Assembly (NCBI GenBank): GCA_963667465.2
Contig: CAXXDN010000001.1
Span: 640,001 to 704,000 of the forward strand
Source of the DNA: Dehalococcoidia bacterium
GTDB taxonomy: Bacteria > Chloroflexota > Dehalococcoidia > UBA2979
Direction: 5' to 3'
Length of the DNA stretch: 64,000 nucleotides
The translations under genes and the position numbers were made by a program. This document shows, in pieces, positions 63,200-64,000 of this stretch. The notes beneath the pieces were generated by a model. The model was not told the origin of the DNA and did not search any database. It was given only the letters and a program-made list of their open reading frames with translations. Within the stretch, counting starts at the first letter, position 1. Every line of letters starts with the position of its first letter.

Positions 63200-64000
63200 A
63201 TGCCGCCAGCGACCGGAACGCCCGCCTTCGAGGATCTGCCGACCATGGACGAGGGCAGCGAGGAGCGCCACGCCTGGGACGTCTGGGGCCGCGAAGACCA
63301 GGTCGGCTCCTTCAACCGGGTGACGGCGGAGCATGTCGTGGCCGCCGCCCGGCTCGTGCGCACGGGCAAGGTCATCAACCTCGATCTCCCGCTCAACGAG
63401 CCGGACCCGCCGCTCAGCGATCGCACCCGCTTCATCCACCACATCGAGACCGGCCGCCAGACGCGCGACGACTGGCTCGATGGCTTCTACCTGCAGGGCT
63501 CCAGCCAGTGGGACGCCCTCGCGCACGTGCGCTACCGCCAGTACGGCTACTGGGGCGGCCGCCAGGACGACGACGTCAACGAGGGCCGCGAGTGCGGCAT
63601 CGACCAGTGGGCCGAGCGCGGCATTGTCGGCCGCGGCGTGCTGATCGACGCGAAGCGCCACTACGGCTGCGCACCCGACGAGCGCTTCGCGATCAGCGGC
63701 CCGATGATCGAGGAGATCGCCGAGGCGGAAGGCGTTGCAATCGAGCCCGGCGACACATTGCTGCTCAACACCGGCTGGCTCGAGTGGGTGCTCTCGCTCG
63801 ACCTCGATACGCGTCTGGCCATGCAAGGGTCGGTTGCGCCGAACCCGGACGGGATGCAGGCGCCCGGCCTCGACGGGCAGCGCGAGACAGCGGCGTGGCT
63901 GTGGGACCGCGGGATCAGCGCCGTGGCCGCCGACACTCACGCGATGGAGGCGCTGCACGTCAAGCCCGAGGAGGGCTTCCAGCACCGCCGTCTGCTGCCG
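63200..64000 (+). CDS. Cyclase family (kynurenine formamidase-like) metal hydrolase, truncated by window end
   Basis: WDVWGREDQVGSFN, AARLVRTG, QGSSQWDALAH, GIVGRGVLID, GDTLLLNTGW, VAADT. Confidence 0.88.
   Translation, partial: MPPATGTPAFEDLPTMDEGSEERHAWDVWGREDQVGSFNRVTAEHVVAAARLVRTGKVINLDLPLNEPDPPLSDRTRFIHHIETGRQTRDDWLDGFYLQGSSQWDALAHVRYRQYGYWGGRQDDDVNEGRECGIDQWAERGIVGRGVLIDAKRHYGCAPDERFAISGPMIEEIAEAEGVAIEPGDTLLLNTGWLEWVLSLDLDTRLAMQGSVAPNPDGMQAPGLDGQRETAAWLWDRGISAVAADTHAMEALHVKPEEGFQHRRLLP

Noticed and set aside
1-64000. tRNA, rRNA, riboswitch, transposase or prophage genes
   Set aside because: None recognisable by eye; an Infernal/tRNAscan run would be needed to exclude small RNAs

Overview
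Very GC-rich bacterial chromosomal segment. The gene content (many luciferase-like monooxygenases, SDRs, class III CoA-transferases, NTF2/SnoaL proteins, a bifunctional FBP aldolase/phosphatase) suggests a Chloroflexota/Dehalococcoidia-like organism; this is inference, not a database result. Core genes are menF-D-H-B-A-C, pncA-pncB, tsaD, fabF, folC and fbp. Paralogue arrays: five tandem SnoaL/NTF2 genes followed by two near-identical LLM genes, four exactly equal-length mosaic SDRs each with its own upstream motif, and two MFS paralogues. Scattered defence/TA inserts: a RelE/HigB-HTH-SecB toxin-antitoxin-chaperone triad, a class II Fic-HTH with a clear operator, two PIN/VapC pairs, a PIN remnant, and a solitary HsdR-N-type PD-(D/E)XK nuclease with two tandem SeqA-like domains next to an acyl-CoA dehydrogenase remnant. 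Three intergenic regions carry composite REP-like repeats, two of them with a G3N1 G-quadruplex motif. I found no rRNA, tRNA, CRISPR array, transposase or integrase. Many start codons were trimmed from the ORF track using RBS/overlap evidence. All functional calls rest on motif recognition by eye.
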